Below the pieces are notes generated by a model. That model made no database searches and was not told the origin of the DNA. It saw nothing but the letters and a program-made list of their open reading frames with translations. Of a DNA stretch of 64,000 nt, positions 50,409 to 61,018 are shown piece after piece. A program made the position numbers and the translations under genes. The DNA comes from Azolla caroliniana (taxonomy: Eukaryota; Plantae; Polypodiophyta). Each line of letters starts with the position of its first letter. Position 1 is the first letter of the stretch. The stretch is taken from assembly GCA_043228905.1 (NCBI GenBank), contig JBHGNT010000014.1, forward strand, positions 12,524,001 through 12,588,000, read 5' to 3'.

Positions 50409-52695
50409 TGTTGAGATATCAAGCTCAACTTAGTTTAGTCGTTTAGTCAACATGCGTAACTTAGTAGTTACTAGGGATCGACAACGGCTCAGCTTAAAGC
50501 CGCTTAGCGGCTCGGCTCGACTCGGTTTAGGCTTGAGCTTGCCTTAACGATTTGAGCTCGGCTCGGCTCGGCTTGAGCTTCGCCAAATCGGCTCAAGCCT
50601 TCTAAGTTGTCTAAGCCGTTTAAGTGATTCAATTAGTAATTACTATAGTTTATTACTAAAGTCTAAGTTCTAAGGTCTAACTAGTCACGGGTCTAAGTTC
50701 TAACTCAAGTCTAAGTAGTGGTGACTCAAGTCTAACTTCTAACTTCTAACTAGTCACGAGTCATGAGTCTATTTTCTGCACATAGACTCCAGAGTGACGA
50801 CTTAGGTAATAGGACTCTCGACACAGACAATGACCAGTCCATCGACCCAAACAATGCATTTCTGATTTTATGTTTTCTTGTTGTTTTTCTCTAAGCCTTG
50901 TAACCATTCTACATTTGGAGCATATTGGAGGGGGATTGTTCAATGACAAATTGTAACGGAATTGTATTATGAAGTTCAATATTCAATGTAAGATTATTGT
51001 TGTTTTCTCCCAAACTGGTTCACAAACCGGTTTCCAAGCCGTTTCCGAAACCGGTTTAGGGATCGGTTTGGTTCAGGTTTGAAAACCCCTAAACGGTTTA
51101 GGCTTAGCCGGTTTGGCTTTATCCAAGCCAAATCGGCTAAGCCTAAACTGAACTGTTGACGATCCCTAGTAGTTACCTAGATAGAATGTAGTTAGTGTGT
51201 TGACCTTAAAGCCTTAAATAGGATTTTGTACTCAAGTGGGATACATTGTAGATCCTCCACTCCCATGTTCATTTAGTATAGGACTTAGACGTTTGTACCT
51301 ATATTTTACTCACACATGTGCACCTTTGCACATGAGATGTATATATACCTCATTGTGGTTATTTTTGTATTTGATGATGCTTTTTAATATAATTAATCAT
51401 CCCCCATTTTGTCTCGTTGTTCATAAGTGTAACTTGCTCTCTCTCTTCCACTCACACACATACACACACATATCACATAACATTCTGTTGCCTAATCACA
51501 TAATTAGGTACTAATTAACCCGTGCTTAATTACCTAATTCTTAACATGGTATTAGAGCATGTGGTTCAGAAAATCCACAAAGCCCGCCCGTCTCCGTGAT
51601 TGTGTGTTCAAGACGTCGATGGAAAAATATGGCTTTTGGCTACCATAGTGCCGCTACGTAGCACGTGTACGTGACCGAAGGAAGAAAAACGAAAAAGGAA
51701 GGCATTATATCAACATGAACACACAAATGGGTAGTTCGCTCCCTAGTGAAGAGCTAGACTAGAGTAGTTATTCATCTTGGGAGTACAAGATGAACCAATA
51801 CCTTGTCGGCCAAGGGTATTGGAGCTACATCAATGGCACACTTGAAAACAAACCCGACATCACAAACGCCAACTACCCAACGTGGGAGCAAGGAGAGAGT
51901 CGGGTAATGTATTGCTTGGCAACATGTGTCCACGACCACATGCTTAGCCACATTCGAGACGCCAAGACGCCTAAAGAAGCATGGACGAACATAAAGAAAA
52001 TTTTTGCCTGCCAACACGATTGCCCAAAAGCTTCACCATCAACAGAGTTGAACAACATTTGGCAAAAAGATATGTACATGCTAGACAACTCTCTTGCCTC
52101 CATCAACGTAAACGTCGACGAAGGCGAGATGGTTCAAGTATGCTTGGGCGACCTCGCACAACGATTCAATTCATTGAGGATGGTAATATTAGCGAGGGAA
52201 AACCATGCCCGAATCAAGATCAAGACGTTGGAAGGACAAATGTTCTTCTCGAATTCGGATGGTGGCCGAGGACGAGGTCGATTCGTCCCTTCACACGAAG
52301 GGATCTCAAACCTTCGACAACAAGACGGAAGCCATCAAGGAATCTTTGAAAGAAGGGGGAGCTTCCATGCCGAACAAGGTCGGTAAATGTGGCCCATCAC
52401 TTGCAACTATTGTGGCAAAATCGGCCACCGCGAAGCGGAGTGCCGAAAAAGAAGAAGTGAGTCATCATCTGACTTCTGACAAGCTGAAACCTCACAAATT
52501 ACGCCACCAACTCCGAATAAGACGATTATGGTGGACTATTCGTAATGAGACATAGAGCGAACTCTATGTTTATCTCCGACTCCACAAGCACCTCCAACTC
52601 AGAAGACATGTGGTTCGTCGACTCTGGTGCCTCACATCATATGACGTCACACCAAGAGTGGTTTCGTGACTTATGAACGCCGGTTTCGTGACTTA
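50409..52695 (+). mobile_element. Truncated Copia element: LTR 50409-51546, PBS, gag, protease
   Basis: PBS TGGTATTAGAGC at 51547-51558; gag ORF 51790-52386; WFVDSGASHHM at about 52610. Confidence 0.88.
50472..51168. mobile_element. Non-autonomous hAT element (697 bp)
   Basis: TIRs TAGGGATCG.CAAC; 8-bp TSD GTAGTTAC at 50464-50471 and 51169-51176; subterminal GGCTC/AAACCG repeats. Confidence 0.92.
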
Positions 52696-52840
52696 TGTCT
52701 CTAACTCTTTGTTGCGTACTTGTTGCATCTTGTTTTCGGCTCATTTTGCCATTGATCTTTCTCATTTGTACATAATCTTATGATCTTCAAATAGAGAGGG
52801 TCGACTAAGTTCTGCATTAGATGGAGGTGTTACCAGCATT

Positions 52841-52852
52841 TGGTATCAGAGC
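52841..52852 (+). promoter_or_regulatory. Orphan tRNA-iMet PBS of another LTR-element fragment
   Basis: TGGTATCAGAGC following LTR-like sequence; the element's limits are unresolved. Confidence 0.6.
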
Positions 52853-55289
52853 TTGGTTGTCTGTTTGATTCTATTGCCGCCATCGACAACTCTCGTTTGT
52901 GTATCCTGAAGATCTTAGCTGATCTCGACAGGCAACCTACAACAAGATTGTGTAGGCAAAGAGAAACATGACGAAGTTTACACTCTATTGTTCTTGGTCA
53001 CTCTTGGTTATGTGATCGAAGCTGCTCGGAGTGAGACTTCTATCTTGACTAGGCCAAATCGTTGCTTCACTCGGCTAGGCGGAAAATTGAATAGGTCATC
53101 TGACCCTTTTCTCCTACTCGTTGTAGTAACCTGAAGCAAACACGATTCCAAGGGCAACCCCAATCTGTGTTTCATTCGACTGAATGACATTCGGGAGGAC
53201 CAGTCGGATCCGTCCCTCTCATCACTGCAGTTAACCAAAACAAGATTGGCCTAGAAAATTGCATATAATCCGTGTTGAGAAATTTCGGAAAAATCAAATC
53301 ATCAAATCAGGGTTCAACTCGACTAAGTCAACTGACAGTAGTCACTTTGAACAAGATTCATTGATATTCGTAATCAACACAACTTGTGTCCAACTTCGGC
53401 TAGTGTTACCGGCCGGCATAGGAGTCCAAAGTGTGAAACGATGGAGTTATTTAATTATTAAGGAATGGTTGTAAGTAAGCTATTAGTGTGAACGGACGGA
53501 CCAGAATCGGTATGCCGTTTCGGATACGGACCGATCCCGAACAGGTGCGGATGGCACCGTTTTGTACTACAAACCGGAAACCTATTTAAAGGCTCGGATA
53601 CAATGTAATGAGCAACGGATAATTAATAAAGCTTAGTGTTTTTGTATCTCTGTGTTAATTGCCGTTCTGCATTCATTGTTATATCTTACGCGTGTGATTA
53701 TTAAGGACGATCTTGCTAAGTAACCTAATTAAGTCGGATTAATCGTTGAGCCTAATCCTCTTGCCGTAACACCCCTTTGGTGAAGTGTCTTCCGTAGACA
53801 CCTTGTGTTAGGCCATTGTCTGGCCCTAAGAGTTAACACAGTTTTTGGCGACCACGACGGGATTGCAAAAATTACAAAGCATATATCAAAGGCAATTGAC
53901 GCATTACAAGGAGCAGGCGGAAGACAACGTCAAAATCATCAAGCAATTGAAGGAGGAACGACAAGCTGCGGAGATCAAATCGCAGATGGGAACGGGCCGG
54001 ATTCAGTGCATCCTCTAGGCATGGCTGAATCAGACAAAAGGCTTGATTGATGAAAGCTCCGTAAGATGGTGGACAAAGTGGACACAAAATATGGCGGAAC
54101 TCCAATTGCTACGGGCAGACGTGGCAAACCGGCGGAAGGAAGGAGATGATTGTTACACGTTGACTTCTGAGGACTTCACCGCCATACGGGACGAGCTGAC
54201 TGAAGACTTCCAAGTCCTGGCGGATGAACAACTAGTGCAGGTCCAGCAACTCGTAGTTCAGCTAGACGATGATAGGCTGGACGCTCAAATCCAGTTAGAG
54301 AGCTACGAGCGGTCCCGGGTTCGGGAAGAAAAAGCACGGGAAGCGGCAACGGTTAACCTTAGTGATGAGGAATCGTCGCCGGCTGAGGACCAGGCCGGAA
54401 CCAGTGAACCGGAGACCACTACGACGGAGGGAGCAACGACGGAAACGCCGGTGTCAGAGCAACAAACGGAGGAGGAGCTGCAACAGCCACCAACGGTGTC
54501 GTAGTGTAAGTTGCACACTATGTGGAAATTATATTTTTGTCCCTCCGGATAGAGAATGGAGTGCTCGGTGAGAACCGGAAGAAAACGGCATACCGGCAAG
54601 GAGGAAAAACGGCATGCCGGCAAGGAGGAAAACGGCATACCGGCAAGGAGGAAAACGGCAAGGAGGAAAACGGCATACCGGCAAGGAAGAGCCGGATAAA
54701 GAGACATAAATGCAAAAAGAAAGGAAATACTCACTACTGCGCAGGGCGTGATTCGAACTCTGCACCTTCACGTTGACAAACCCCAACCTTACCATTACAT
54801 TAAATTATCTTAAGTGTTTTAAATATAGATTTAATATGTATAAGACCTTTATTTATGCATACCTTTATTAAAAGGTAAATCGTGTATTTTTTTAATATAT
54901 GAAAAAGACGAGACACTAAAAATAACTCATGCACATCTAGCGTGCATGAGCCCTATACTTAGGAAATAAAAAAGCATCACATGCACATTTAGTGGACATG
55001 AACACTTTTTGTAAAAATAAAAAAGCATGAAGCCATGCTTAGCTCTTCCTTCCTTATATAAGGAGGAGAGAAATATGTAAAGGGTTGTTGATTATTTGGA
55101 TTAAGAATTAATCAATACAAAATTTATTCGTGGGATTCACGATTTATACATCTACTTCTCTCTTAACACCCTAAGTACCAATTAATATAGTATACTCGTG
55201 TGATTCACGAGTTTCTTATCTTTCTCTTTGCTATTTACTCATAATTAATCTCTATCTCACGAACTTCTTTCTCCTAGTCCAAGACCTCT

Positions 55290-57416
55290 GTGGTTCCCAC
55301 CCGACTCACGCAACGATCCGGAGCCGAAAGGCACGACACAGTTGGTGAACCCGACGTGAAGACGGGTGGCAAGGAGATGGAGGCTCAACAAGCTAACAAT
55401 ATGATGGCGATGTTCGAACGGATGCTTCAAGAACAACGCACGATGTCGGAGATTTCGGCATCAGTAGAGCGGCTCGTGCAACGCAACGGGCAATTTAATG
55501 GTAAGGATGTGTCGCGATATTTGCAGGACTACAAGGCGGAGATGCTCCGGTGCCGGGCTTCGGAAGGACTGCAAGTGACATCCTTTAACCGGGTGGCGAC
55601 CGACGGGCTTCAAGGGAGTATCCACGGGTTGCAACAACAAAATCCGACGTGGGAAGCATTCGAAGAGGCGTTAAAGACCACGTTTGCCATTGAGGACTCC
55701 TCCAAGGCAACGCGGAGGGGATTCGAGGATTGGGTGGAAACGTCAGGTAAGGGGCTGAAGGTCCTCGAAGTGTTTTCGACATTCGAAAGTCGGTTCGGGA
55801 GGTTGTCCGCGAGAGATCAAACTATTCTTGCACCGGACAAAGTCATCATGTTTTTGCGAGCTGTGGACGTCCGGGACCGGAAAGATCTCGGAGTGCTTCT
55901 TGAGGACACGACCACCGAAAGCGGCCTCACCGAAACATGGGAAAGCGTGCGGGATATCGTCGCGCGGTACACGAAGAGGGGGCAATGGCTTGCCAACGAA
56001 GAAAAGAGGGTTTCGGAACCGATTCCGAAACCGAGAACGGGACTGGAAGACCATCAACCGAGGGCTCGGGAGATTACGGCCGAGAAGGGAGTCGACGCGT
56101 CTACGGTGGAGCAGCTGCTGAAGGAGATGGAGAATCTAAAGATCGCGATGGTGAAGAAGTCGGATGACCGTCCCACAAGCTCCAAATATACGGATCGACG
56201 GTGCATATGGTGCGATAGCGCCGAACACGATCGGAGGGATTGCGACGACCATAAGGAGGCGCTACGACGGGATCTCATCTACTACGAGGGAAACCGGATT
56301 CATTCGATGGACTCTCGGAAGCCACTCCGACCGAACTTCCGGAAAGGCGGCATGAAGAAGGTGCTCGAGGAGGAGTTAGCGGCAAGAAGCAACTATGCGA
56401 CAACCGCGGGAATATGTGTCGGGGAGTCATCGGGAGCGAAGGCGTCTTTCTGGCCGGAGGTGCTAGGAAACACCGAGAAAACCGACTCCAACGATATCCG
56501 AAACACCGCGGAAGGCGTCCGGGAAGCTACGGGATGGGAGTGCCCTGTCGACAAGAATAGCATATACGCCCTGTGTCAATTACATGAGGTGTATGTGGAC
56601 GAGAAACGACGGCGCACGGAGGATGCGGCCGGACCATCAAAGATACCGGAAAGCTGGAACTCCGGAGGTAAGGGAAAAGAAAAGGCGACTCCGGCATTCA
56701 AGCTCGCCTCGGACATAGAACAACAAACCGACTTGAAAAGAGTGTTCGAGGAAAGAATCTTGGATAGCCGGGTAGATTTTTCGCTGCGGGAACTACTCGG
56801 AATAGCGAAGAAGGAGTTTCACGATCTTCTCGTGGATCTCGTGAAAAGGAAGAGACAAAGTACGGAGGAAAATGCTCCAAGGGTGAATGCAAATACCGTT
56901 TCAATGAACGACACCGAAGTGGAAGGCGAAATTCCGAACTCCCACTATACAAGGCCACACTGGGCACGTGCGACTACGGAGACTCCGGTCCGAATCGGCA
57001 ACATCAAAGAACCCGTGCTAGCATTGATTGATCACGGATCGGAGATCAACTTGATGTCCAAGGAGTTCTACCGAAAGGGGAAGTGGCCTATAAACACCAA
57101 CCATGGATGGAAGATTCGGGCAGCCACGAAAACGACAGAAGACCTATTTGCGGCTTGTCCGGATGTGACGGTAAAGATCGGGGATGTCGAAATTGACCAA
57201 AACTTCTTTGTGCAGGATGAGGTTTCACATTCTGTCATCCTCGGCCAACCCTTTATCACGGCTTCACGGATGGAGACGAAGGTGCTCGATAGTGGTGCGG
57301 CTTTTGCGCGAATTCGGAGCCAAAACGGAGGGAAATCCGTCCAATTCCTAACGGTGCCGGCAAATCACGAAAGGAACAAGAGGGAACTCTTGTCCCAAGT
57401 GAGAATGGATTTTTAA
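55290..57416 (+). CDS. gag: Gag-protease polyprotein (true start probably ATG at 55378)
   Basis: 708-aa ORF; CIWCDSAEHDRRDC knuckle; LIDHGSEIN aspartic protease motif followed by VILGQPF. Confidence 0.92.
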   Translation: MVPTRLTQRSGAERHDTVGEPDVKTGGKEMEAQQANNMMAMFERMLQEQRTMSEISASVERLVQRNGQFNGKDVSRYLQDYKAEMLRCRASEGLQVTSFNRVATDGLQGSIHGLQQQNPTWEAFEEALKTTFAIEDSSKATRRGFEDWVETSGKGLKVLEVFSTFESRFGRLSARDQTILAPDKVIMFLRAVDVRDRKDLGVLLEDTTTESGLTETWESVRDIVARYTKRGQWLANEEKRVSEPIPKPRTGLEDHQPRAREITAEKGVDASTVEQLLKEMENLKIAMVKKSDDRPTSSKYTDRRCIWCDSAEHDRRDCDDHKEALRRDLIYYEGNRIHSMDSRKPLRPNFRKGGMKKVLEEELAARSNYATTAGICVGESSGAKASFWPEVLGNTEKTDSNDIRNTAEGVREATGWECPVDKNSIYALCQLHEVYVDEKRRRTEDAAGPSKIPESWNSGGKGKEKATPAFKLASDIEQQTDLKRVFEERILDSRVDFSLRELLGIAKKEFHDLLVDLVKRKRQSTEENAPRVNANTVSMNDTEVEGEIPNSHYTRPHWARATTETPVRIGNIKEPVLALIDHGSEINLMSKEFYRKGKWPINTNHGWKIRAATKTTEDLFAACPDVTVKIGDVEIDQNFFVQDEVSHSVILGQPFITASRMETKVLDSGAAFARIRSQNGGKSVQFLTVPANHERNKRELLSQVRMDF

Positions 57417-60400
57417 AGCGGACTGTTGCGGAGTGGGGAAGTGATAGTCCGAGAAGCCCTGATACCCCACATAGGAAGAAAACTCTCGGAGCAAAACAAG
57501 TACGAATCGGGCCGGATGGGGCATCTACGTACACGGCCGTAACCGGAGGAATGAAGAAACAATACCGACAAGTGGAGGATAAGTTACGGTCGGCATCAAT
57601 AATAAAAGAAGACGAAGAAATCGTGGGAGTGATCGAGGAAGTGTTCTATGGGAATACACTACAACGGCTTGAAGAGCTTGCGGAAGATAAAAGCCAAGGG
57701 AACCGGGTAGTCCCGGTGGAATCGGTCGAGATGTACGAGATCGTTGCGAAAATGGGGCCGGATGCGCTCCGCAAAGAAGAAGCAATGGTAAGTACGAAAT
57801 ACAAGACCGTGGAGAAGAAGGTGAAACCGGCCGCGGGACCACTACCCGCCGATAGCGAACAAAAGAAGAAAGAAGTCTCGGGAGATCCGACACTTCGGAA
57901 GTCCGTGGATATCGGACATGCCTTCACAGATGAGACCCGGAAGAAACTTCGGATCGGTGGAGGTGGGTTCCTCTTACAAGAAGAAGAAAAACGGTTTCGA
58001 GAGATGTTGGAGCAACACGGCAAAGCATTCGCGTTCACATCGAGGGAGATCGGATGCATTGATCCAAAGATAGTGGAGCCGATGGTGATTTTCACGATTG
58101 ATCATGTACCGTGGAACCTGAAGCCGATTCCGGTGCCACGGGCGCATATTCCGAAAGTCATCGACTTGCTCAAGGAGAAGGTGGCGATGGGGATTCTAGA
58201 GCCATCAAGTGCTCCGTACTCAAATCGATGGTTTACGGTTCCAAAGAAGAATGGGTCACTCCGATTCATCCAAGACTTGCAACCGGTGAACAAGGTCACG
58301 ATCCGGAACTCGGGAGTCGGTCCGATAGTGGACGAATTCGCGGAAGCTTTTGCCGGGCGTGCGATATACTCCATCGGGGACCTATACTCCGGGTATGACC
58401 AATTCCAACTAGCCGTGGAGAGCCGAGACATCACTACCATGCGGACACCGATAGGACTAGTTCGAATGTGCACACTACCACAAGGAGCGACAAACTCGGT
58501 TGCACATATGATGAACGCGATGAACAAGGTGCTTCGAGATTGCATCCCGGAGATAACGATGCCGTTTCTAGATGACATTCCGATGAAAGGATGCGCGGTG
58601 GAAGAAAAAGATGAGACTATGGATGATCGGGGATGCCGAAAGTTCGTGGTCGACCATATTCATGATTGCGAGAAAGTGTTGCGAAAGCTAGAAGATGTGC
58701 ACCTAACACTTTCCGGGGAGAAATCGGCATTCGGGCAAGAAGAAATATTGGTGGTTGGACATCTATGTGGACCCTACGGCCGAAGACCGTCACCAACAAA
58801 GATCGATGCGATTCAAGCTATGAAGGAAGTATGTGAGTCAACGTCGGAAGTCCGAAGGTTTCTGGGTGCGTGTGCATTCTATCACATATGGATTCCGCAC
58901 TATGCACATATAGCGGACCCGCTCTATCACTTGTTGCGGAAAGGTAAGAAATTCGAGTGGAAACCGGAACACACTAAAGCCATGAGGAAGCTCAAGAAGA
59001 CACTATGGAGGGCGGAATCACTTAAGAAGCCAAGCTACGAGCGACCAATCATAGTAACGGTTGATACAAGTCCAACCGGTATCGGGTGGGTCATCAATCA
59101 AGCCGACTCGGATGGTTCGCGGTATCCGATCCGATTTGGAGCAAAGGTCCTCAACGAAAGGCAGCGCGGATATGCACAAGTCAAAAGAGAATTGTGGGGA
59201 GTCGTGTCAGCGATAAAATCGGATCGGGATTATTTGATCGGAGCTGAAGTGGTGATCGAGACGGATTGTCTTCCGATACTCGGGATGATGCGGTGTTGTA
59301 CGATACCGGATGTGGCTATGCTAAGGTGGATTGCATATGTCAAGTCACTTAATCCGGAGGTTCGACACATCTCGGGGAAGGACAACGCGGTAGCGGACAT
59401 GTTATCGAGGGCGCGGTTTGAAGACGACATAACCGAATCAGATAATGAAGAAGTTTCCGAAGACTACTTCACGTCAGAACACATATGCCGAGTGAACGTG
59501 ATCCGAGAATTCCGGGAAGAAGAATACGAGGGGGAAACCTTGATGATCGGGAAGATGCTACAAGAGGTCGAGGATTCAACCAATGATAAAGAAAGGAGAG
59601 CCGAGATCCGAAGGAAGAAGAGGCAAGTCCAAAAGTTCTTCTTGGAAAACGGTTTAATATGGAGGACGCCGAAAAGACCGGATGGGATACCACTTCGAGT
59701 AGTCGGGATGAAAGAACAACGAAACCGGATAATGTCTGAGTTCCACGAATCCGATTGGGCTGGACATCGAGGAACATGGGCAACTTTTGTGAAAATCAAG
59801 CAAAGATATTGGTGGAAGAACATGTATAAAGATGTCGCGGAGTTCACAGAAAGCTGCGAGAAATGTCAAGTCTACTCCGGGGTCCGACACCGAGATGAGC
59901 TGCATCCGACATTCTCACCGACAATCAACTTCAAGTGGATGGTCGACATTGTAGCTATGCCGACCGGGATTGGACAAAAGAAATACTTGGTGTTAGCTCG
60001 AGAAGATCTCACAAACCAAGTTGAAGGTCGAGCGCTTCGGAGGAAAACGTGTGCCGCGGTGTGCCAATTTCTTTTGGAAGAAGTGTTTTGTAGGTACGGC
60101 TGCGTAGGACAAGTGATTGCGGACCGGGGAGAACTCGACTCGGACAAAGCTAGGGGATTCTTCGCCAAACATGGAGTTCGGTTAACGTTGACAACGGCCT
60201 ACAATCCGGAGGCCAACGGGAAGATCGAACGAGGACATAGTCTGATCGTGAAAGCACTTGCGAAGGCATGCGACGGAAGGGTGAAGGATTGGCCACAAAT
60301 GCTTCCGTATGCACTATGGGCGGATCGGACGACGCATAGCTCCGTGACCGGTTACATGCCGGCAGAACTCATGACCGGACAAGCACCGGTAATGCCAACG

Positions 60401-61018
60401 GAAACCGCAATCGCGACATGGACAATACTACCGTGGAAGGAAGAGATGAGCCGGGAAGAACTACTAGCGGTCCGGATACGACAACTGGAGGGAAGACCGA
60501 AAGATGTAGCGGAAGCGTCACGCCGACAACAAGAAGCACGGTTCCGGAACAAAAGCCGGTTCGACACAAAGCACCGACTACGACCGAGGAGGATTGAAGA
60601 AGGAGATTGGGTGATCGTCTATGATAGTAGCTTGGACCATCAACATACAACGATGCGGAAATTCGCGAAAAGGTGGTTCGGGCCGTACGAGGTTCGGAAG
60701 GTCTTCGACAACGGGACGTACCGACTGTCCGAGTTGGATGGAACAATACTACGAGTGCCTATAGCCGGGAAGCGGGTAAAGATTTTCAAGAAGCGGACCG
60801 ACGACAAACCTTATGTGATCCAAGTCGAGGCCGACAACGAGGAGCAATCGGACAAAGACCACAATGATGCGGGAAGCGAAGAAAGTGGATTACAACTCAT
60901 AGTCGACATAAGGGGAGAATCGGAGGAAGCTTCGGATGAAGACGGATACGAAGAATCAAGAACTTCGGCACATACCGGAGGATGTGCGGGTTTGGAGGGG
61001 GCGAGTGTCGTAGTGTAA
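57410..61018 (+). CDS. pol: Pol (RT-RNase H-integrase), probably expressed by -1 frameshift
   Basis: 1155-aa ORF from 57551, with the frame open back to 57410. PFLDD, RNase H, HHCC, integrase core and GPY motifs; no chromodomain. Confidence 0.95.
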   Translation, partial: FLKRTVAEWGSDSPRSPDTPHRKKTLGAKQVRIGPDGASTYTAVTGGMKKQYRQVEDKLRSASIIKEDEEIVGVIEEVFYGNTLQRLEELAEDKSQGNRVVPVESVEMYEIVAKMGPDALRKEEAMVSTKYKTVEKKVKPAAGPLPADSEQKKKEVSGDPTLRKSVDIGHAFTDETRKKLRIGGGGFLLQEEEKRFREMLEQHGKAFAFTSREIGCIDPKIVEPMVIFTIDHVPWNLKPIPVPRAHIPKVIDLLKEKVAMGILEPSSAPYSNRWFTVPKKNGSLRFIQDLQPVNKVTIRNSGVGPIVDEFAEAFAGRAIYSIGDLYSGYDQFQLAVESRDITTMRTPIGLVRMCTLPQGATNSVAHMMNAMNKVLRDCIPEITMPFLDDIPMKGCAVEEKDETMDDRGCRKFVVDHIHDCEKVLRKLEDVHLTLSGEKSAFGQEEILVVGHLCGPYGRRPSPTKIDAIQAMKEVCESTSEVRRFLGACAFYHIWIPHYAHIADPLYHLLRKGKKFEWKPEHTKAMRKLKKTLWRAESLKKPSYERPIIVTVDTSPTGIGWVINQADSDGSRYPIRFGAKVLNERQRGYAQVKRELWGVVSAIKSDRDYLIGAEVVIETDCLPILGMMRCCTIPDVAMLRWIAYVKSLNPEVRHISGKDNAVADMLSRARFEDDITESDNEEVSEDYFTSEHICRVNVIREFREEEYEGETLMIGKMLQEVEDSTNDKERRAEIRRKKRQVQKFFLENGLIWRTPKRPDGIPLRVVGMKEQRNRIMSEFHESDWAGHRGTWATFVKIKQRYWWKNMYKDVAEFTESCEKCQVYSGVRHRDELHPTFSPTINFKWMVDIVAMPTGIGQKKYLVLAREDLTNQVEGRALRRKTCAAVCQFLLEEVFCRYGCVGQVIADRGELDSDKARGFFAKHGVRLTLTTAYNPEANGKIERGHSLIVKALAKACDGRVKDWPQMLPYALWADRTTHSSVTGYMPAELMTGQAPVMPTETAIATWTILPWKEEMSREELLAVRIRQLEGRPKDVAEASRRQQEARFRNKSRFDTKHRLRPRRIEEGDWVIVYDSSLDHQHTTMRKFAKRWFGPYEVRKVFDNGTYRLSELDGTILRVPIAGKRVKIFKKRTDDKPYVIQVEADNEEQSDKDHNDAGSEESGLQLIVDIRGESEEASDEDGYEESRTSAHTGGCAGLEGASVVV

